Assembly: GCA_002269645.1 (NCBI GenBank)
Contig: NIVC01002877.1
Location: 1 to 64,000, forward strand
Source of the DNA: Macrostomum lignano
Taxonomy: Eukaryota
Length of the DNA stretch: 64,000 nt
Direction of reading: 5' to 3'
The notes below the pieces were generated by a model that saw nothing but the letters and a program-made list of their open reading frames with translations, had not been told where the DNA came from and searched no databases. The position numbers and the translations under genes were made by a program. Numbering within the stretch: the stretch's first letter is position 1; every line of letters begins with the position of its first letter. Shown in pieces: positions 58,775 to 64,000 of this stretch.

Positions 58775-60549
58775 GCAATTCGCTGCTCCAACTGATCGGA
58801 AACGGCTTTGAAAGAGCCGATAAAAAGAAAAGTACATGTAGCTACAGGTACTCCATGTACATTTCGATTGTACATGTAGCTATTGAGTACCGAGTATCAA
58901 GTTGTTGTTTGCAGGATTAAAGGCAAGATTGAGCTAGACTTTTCTCAAAGCTAAAGAACTGCATGTACATCAGTGTACATGCACGCAATATGAATGTGCG
59001 CTGCCTGATCACTGTCCCAACTGGGTCTTGTTGGGATAATTAGTTCCAGTATTTCTACTCTGAACTACCTCTGTATTTTAGTAAATGAATGTATACATTT
59101 TACGCTTAATAAGTTAATAATAGAACGATATTTCAGTTGCTTCTCGCGATATTTAACGAGTAAGTTTTATCACGCCGCCTCGTTTGCTCGTTTAGCAGAT
59201 GGAAAGTCTTGCGCTCGCATTGGCTTCTAACCTCAGTATTATATTGCTTTTGGGCGCATTAAGTCGGTTGATGTGTCAAAGGGGCAACGTGTATCCATAA
59301 ATTCAAGCACAAATAATTTAGTTTGTGCTATCTTTCAGCTGCTGTATTATTGAAATAAATCTGTGAGCCAAGTGCGTAAGCCTCTGTCACATTAGTTTCG
59401 GATTTGTGCACTGAAATCGTCCATATAAAATAAAGTCCCAGCATCTCTACCCTACCCTAATTGCAAAGCCTCTCTAATCTGCAGACTTCACGTTTACCAC
59501 GTTTACTCAAATTTGACAATCAAAAGGAATCTAGAAATTAAGCCCAATAATCCCAATCAAAAATCATTAATGAGATGAGATGGGATACGATTGCTGAGAT
59601 GATAAGGCGTATGTTGGAAATTGCTGAGAGACGTTAAGGCTGAGGTAAGAAGCTAAATGTAGTTTATTTAAAAATTTGTATTCCATTTTTTGTTTGGCTC
59701 CCGGAGGGCGCTGTTTGCTAGAGTCTGAATTTAGAGTCTTAAATCTTAAGTTCGTGGCACTTCTACGAGTATGTAGCTATAGCCGCGTCCCAGCCGCGTC
59801 GAATTTTGGAACCCACGCCCGTGTTCTCCATTTCTCATTCCGTCATGTTGAAAAATCTCGCTCAGGTGGCTATAGTCACCTGGTGCCATCTGTTAAATTA
59901 AGGTGCTGACGGCGTCGGAGCGATGACAGAATGCTTGAGAGACTTCAGCTGAGGATGTCCAGCGGTTGTGATTTGCCGCGCCCACTGACGAGGCTTCATC
60001 AGCGAAACCAGGGGAATTCGCAACAGGGTGTGGTGTCCACAGGCACCTTGTGCCATCTGTTGAAGGTCCAGACGTTCCGCCTGGGTGAAGGCCACTGACT
60101 AAGAGAAGTCAAGAGAAGTCGAAGAGCTGATGAAATTTGGAGGCTTTGGCAAAAACTGAGAAGAATCCGACTTCTGACAGAATCGTTGAACATCTCGACG
60201 GTCTGGAAGGCCGGTGACTTGATTCTTGTTTAATTGTTTAAAAATTTTTCCATGTTCTGGAACTTCGTGGGCCTGTGTTGCTTTGTTCCGGCGCAGCAAA
60301 AATAGTTGTCAGGGGATCCCCCATTGGTAGTTCTACTCTTAGGCAACTTAAACTCGCGCGCACCTACATGTAATTACTGTATATTACCGAATTCTAAAAT
60401 GCTGTACAAAATTGTCCATAAATCAAAAACACCCCCGGCCCTTTATATGCTCAAGCCTAAACTTATCCACACGAAAACTATTGGACAAAGACGAAATGAA
60501 AAAGAACAACCACCTTTAATTTATTTCTCTTCAATTAACTGAATTCCCG

Positions 60550-63295
60550 TTAACCCGCAACTCCACAAGCAGCAAAAGGAAGGAAAGGCGGCAGGTTGGC
60601 AGCGAGCACAAAGCAGCGACGAGGTGGGGAAGGCGACCCCAACCCCGAAAAAAAGAAGAAGCGGGGGAAGTTAGTGATAATTAAAAGAAGCAGCAATCCG
60701 CTGGACGGCGGAGCGCCTGCGGGCAAAAACTGCATCGTCCGAGAAATAGCGGAAGACGGAGTCGGAGCGCCAGTCACCAAGGCAGCGGATGTCGGCCACG
60801 GAGAGGCCACCCCGGAAGGCGGCGCTGGCTCCGCCGCTACGCAGACTGTGGCCAGAGAAGTTTTCCTCAGGGATGCCGCAAATCGACAGGCCCCGCTTGA
60901 GCAGGCGGATGAAGGTCGAGGCAGCCAACGGGATTCTGCGGGCGCCCAGGACAGCTAAGAGAGGCTGGTGCGGCTCGACAACTTGGTTCTCACGCAGATG
61001 AGTGGCGAGGGCAGAGACCGGGCATTGCGGGCAGTCGGTGCATTGCGGAAGGAACACTAGCAGCTGACGCTCCTTGAACTGGTTGGTCTTAGACTTGCCG
61101 ATGGTCAGGCGGAGGCCGCCAGGGCAAGTCGACAGCGCGCCGCGGCGCAAAGCAGCGCCAGTGGTAGACGGAAGAAGCTCGCCCAGACGAAGGACGCCCC
61201 ACCAGGCATCCAGCAGCGCAGCCTTGAAGGCCACGAAGAGGCGCCGGGGCAGCAATTGCTGAAGCAGAGGGCTGTTGCAGAGCAGACGGAGATGATGCGG
61301 CTGCAGTGGCTCTGCCCTGCGTGGCTGCCTGCTTAGTAGGCGTCGGGCTCCGCGACAGACGAGAGCCAGTCGGGCGTTGTCCTTGGTGGGGTCCGGTGCT
61401 GCTGTCGCCCTGTGGATGAAAGACACTGCGCTGAGGCTGATTTGCACGCTTGAGTAGGAGGCGCAGCCTCGCTCCAAAAGGAAGGCGGTGAAGTTGCAGA
61501 CGTCTGACTTCGATGCGGCCGTGGGGAAGACCCGCTGCTGTCGACAGAACTCCCTCCAGAGCTGCAGGTGGCTGGCATACGACTTCCGGGTGCTGGGTGC
61601 GAGCGACAGGCGGCACAGGATGGGCACGGACACGGCGGGGCGGTGGGGAGCGCGGCTGCGACCTGTGAAAGAAACAGTGGTGCGGGACACGTGCAGAGAT
61701 GGTGTGCGAGACAAATTCAGTAGGACAGACACACAAAGAGCCATAGTGGCGACAGCAAAAGTTCACGAGCTCATGCTTTGAGCTCAGCATCCGAGAGGCC
61801 GAGTCACCAGTGAGCTGCATGTGAGCGGGAAGATGAAACGCCTGCAGCTGGATCCCAGACTCGAGGCACAGGAGGACCACCGTCTGGTAGATTCGAATAA
61901 GCGATGGATGCCTGCAGGACAGCTTTTCGGATTAGACCACCACCCGGCTGTTGAGATGCTCGTGGAAGCGCAGGATGTTGAGGAGCGGAGCCAGGGCCTC
62001 CTTGTAGTTGATGTGGAGGTCTTTGAATTCTGACTCGAAGTCGTGCTCCCAGCTGAAGTACGCCCAGTCGTTGAAGCGGGTGCCGCTTACGATGCCAGCG
62101 GCGCCCTCGGAGCTGCTGTCGGACTCGATGGTTACCAATTGGTGAAAGCACGGGTGCAGCGGCGTAGGTGGCAGCGAATCCACTGCCTGCAGCCACCATT
62201 GCAGCAGATCGCGAGCTTCTTGAGGCAGCCGGAGATCTCGACCGTCGCTGATGAGGTCAAAAAGCGGGCGAAGAGACGGATGCAGCAGCTTGTTGATCTA
62301 GCCCAACCAGCACAGCTTCCCGGCCAGCCTCTCCAGCTGCTTGAGCTTGACAATCTCACGGGAGAGGCAGTCCTTCAGCAAATCCCTGGTGCTGGCGGCC
62401 TTGTCCATGGGTAGCGACAGCGTGCAGTCAATTGTGTCGATTTGAACGCTGAGGAAGACCATCTGCTGTGTTGGGGCCGTGGACTTGCTCCAGTTGATGG
62501 TGAAGCCCAGGTCTTGCAGGAGGTGCACCAGGTAGTCGTAAGCGCATTCAGCTGCTTCCTGTGAGTCGCCGGCAACCGCCCAGTCGTCCAGGTAGTTGAC
62601 CGTAGCTTGGAAGCCTTGCCTAAGCATGTGGCGATAAATGGCGGCTGAGAGACGGTGAAAGATCTCGCAAGAGGCCGAGCACCGAATGGCAGCCGGGAGT
62701 CGACGAGCACCGATGATTCGGTGTCAGCTGCGAAACGCCAGCTGAGGCCCGTCAACGCCTGATCGTCCGGGTGGATGCCGACAGAGCGGTAGGCCTGCTT
62801 CAGATCGACCTTGCCGATAAACGAGCCGGGCCGGATGTGACGCAGCAGATCCTGCACGGAGGAGAATCTCAGACTCCGCCCCTGCTCATAGCTGTCGTTG
62901 ACCGAAGAGCCGGAAGGACTGGACAGATCGTGAATGATCCGAACACTGCCGTCAGACTTAGGGATCGCGCCGATAGCGTTCACTATGACGCGTCCGCTAG
63001 CGTTCACTATGACGCGTCCGCTAGCGGGTTTTAAGCGGCCAAGGCGGCCGGAGCTCTTCAGAGAGTTGCTTGTCCACCTGCTCGGCATGGTCAGTAGCAG
63101 AACGGTAGTTGGCAGAATTCGTGAAGGCAGGCGGAGGTTTGTTCATGAGGCGGAAGCCGTTATGAAGGCCTTTTCGGAGGAATCTCTCGTCTGGGTCGTT
63201 GCGTAGCAAAAGATTCCAAGAAGCCAGGTTCATGTCAGAAGACAGCACCCTATGCGGCGGGGGAGGCGGGTCGGGTTGGCGGGCAGGGGTGATAG
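60550..63295 (-). mobile_element. Second Ngaro/DIRS-type YR retrotransposon, 5'-truncated, RT/RH frameshifted
   Basis: RT pieces (KVDLKQAYR, RLPFG, YLDDW), RNase H pieces (IESDSS, HINYKE) and an intact YR ORF. No gag and no split repeats seen. Confidence 0.9.
60671..61744 (-). CDS. Tyrosine recombinase, 357 aa
   Basis: SLAPSTRKSY, VLRLGE, KSKTNQ, GHSLRSGGAS and LGDWRSDSVFRY. Confidence 0.92.
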   Translation of the reverse strand: MALCVSVLLNLSRTPSLHVSRTTVSFTGRSRAPHRPAVSVPILCRLSLAPSTRKSYASHLQLWREFCRQQRVFPTAASKSDVCNFTAFLLERGCASYSSVQISLSAVSFIHRATAAPDPTKDNARLALVCRGARRLLSRQPRRAEPLQPHHLRLLCNSPLLQQLLPRRLFVAFKAALLDAWWGVLRLGELLPSTTGAALRRGALSTCPGGLRLTIGKSKTNQFKERQLLVFLPQCTDCPQCPVSALATHLRENQVVEPHQPLLAVLGARRIPLAASTFIRLLKRGLSICGIPEENFSGHSLRSGGASAAFRGGLSVADIRCLGDWRSDSVFRYFSDDAVFARRRSAVQRIAASFNYH

Positions 63296-64000
63296 GTAAT
63301 CATTGCTTAGTTAAATATTATTTTATAGATAGGCCTAAACAAATAATTAATAAACCATAGGGGCATAGGCCTTAGTCAAATAATTATATTTATATAAATT
63401 TGTCTAATATTACTTTTATTAGAAAGTTAACTAGGCTAACAAATAAAAAAATCTATACTTAAAAATAAATAGACCTATAGAATATAATATTGATGCATTA
63501 TTTTTAAAATGGTATGATATAAAAATAATACAGCTTCTTATAGCCCATTTGGGCTTATAAACATTGAATTTAATAAAATGTTGCTGTTTCAGCCTTGTTA
63601 CCATAGACAAAAGCCCTATTATATTGGCAAATATATCTTCAATTAAATTCAATATGTATAAAATCAAATGGGCTACAAAAAGCAATGAATAAATTATTTT
63701 CTTTACTCATATTTTTCAGAAACTACTAGGCCCTATTTAATAACAGCCTAACCAAATGGCCATACTTGGATTAGTTCTATCTGCTATAGCCAGTAATGTG
63801 CTTGGCAGTCTATGGTATTCTCCTATGCTGTTTGGCACAACTTGGTGCTTGCTAGTGCACAAATGCCAGCCATGCCAACTGAAGCTCAGCACCAGCTCTG
63901 CTGTCACTATCTATGGCCTGACCACAGCTGGCAATCTAACTACTCTAGTACTGTTGCGCCTGGCCATTAGCCAGTTTGTGGCCAATTGGCAGCAACTGTT

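Noticed and set aside
59898-60299. Short minus-strand ORFs downstream of the second YR element
   Set aside because: Possibly decayed coding sequence, but no family is recognisable and the frames do not join convincingly.

Overview
Eukaryotic (animal) genomic DNA, not prokaryotic: it has GT-AG introns, a class A GPCR, an amidated neuropeptide precursor, a CORE-SINE and TTAGGG-type repeats. A free-living flatworm such as Macrostomum is my guess (inference only). From left to right: (1) a Polinton/Maverick (adintovirus-like) element at ~1-10 kb with packaging ATPase, adenain protease, protein-primed PolB, adenovirus pX-like protein, rve integrase and parvovirus-like PLA2, broken mostly by 1-nt indels; (2) a SINE, a foldback element with a telomere-like core and a 9-bp TSD, and an AT-rich inverted-repeat domain; (3) a recently inserted but internally deleted BEL/Pao LTR element with TSD, PBS and PPT; (4) a two-exon ~1544-aa secreted MACPF protein gene; (5) many minisatellites; (6) an apparently intact Ngaro/DIRS-type tyrosine-recombinase (YR) retrotransposon at 33027-37433; (7) a prohormone-like exon and two abutting TA-flanked DNA transposon derivatives; (8) a 32-bp satellite with a 1024-bp higher-order repeat; (9) an intronless peptide-type GPCR lying tail-to-tail with a complete two-exon precursor of 12 QRW(S/A)SGF peptides; (10) an orphan multi-exon gene; (11) a second, truncated YR element. 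The strongest candidate for an undescribed system is the expression logic of the intact YR element. Neither its RT/RNase H ORF nor its YR ORF has a usable AUG. A canonical -1 frameshift signal (A AAA AAC plus stem-loop) would give Gag-Pol. A phase-matched splice donor/acceptor pair would fuse the Gag SAP domain to the recombinase, and the acceptor is conserved in the second element.
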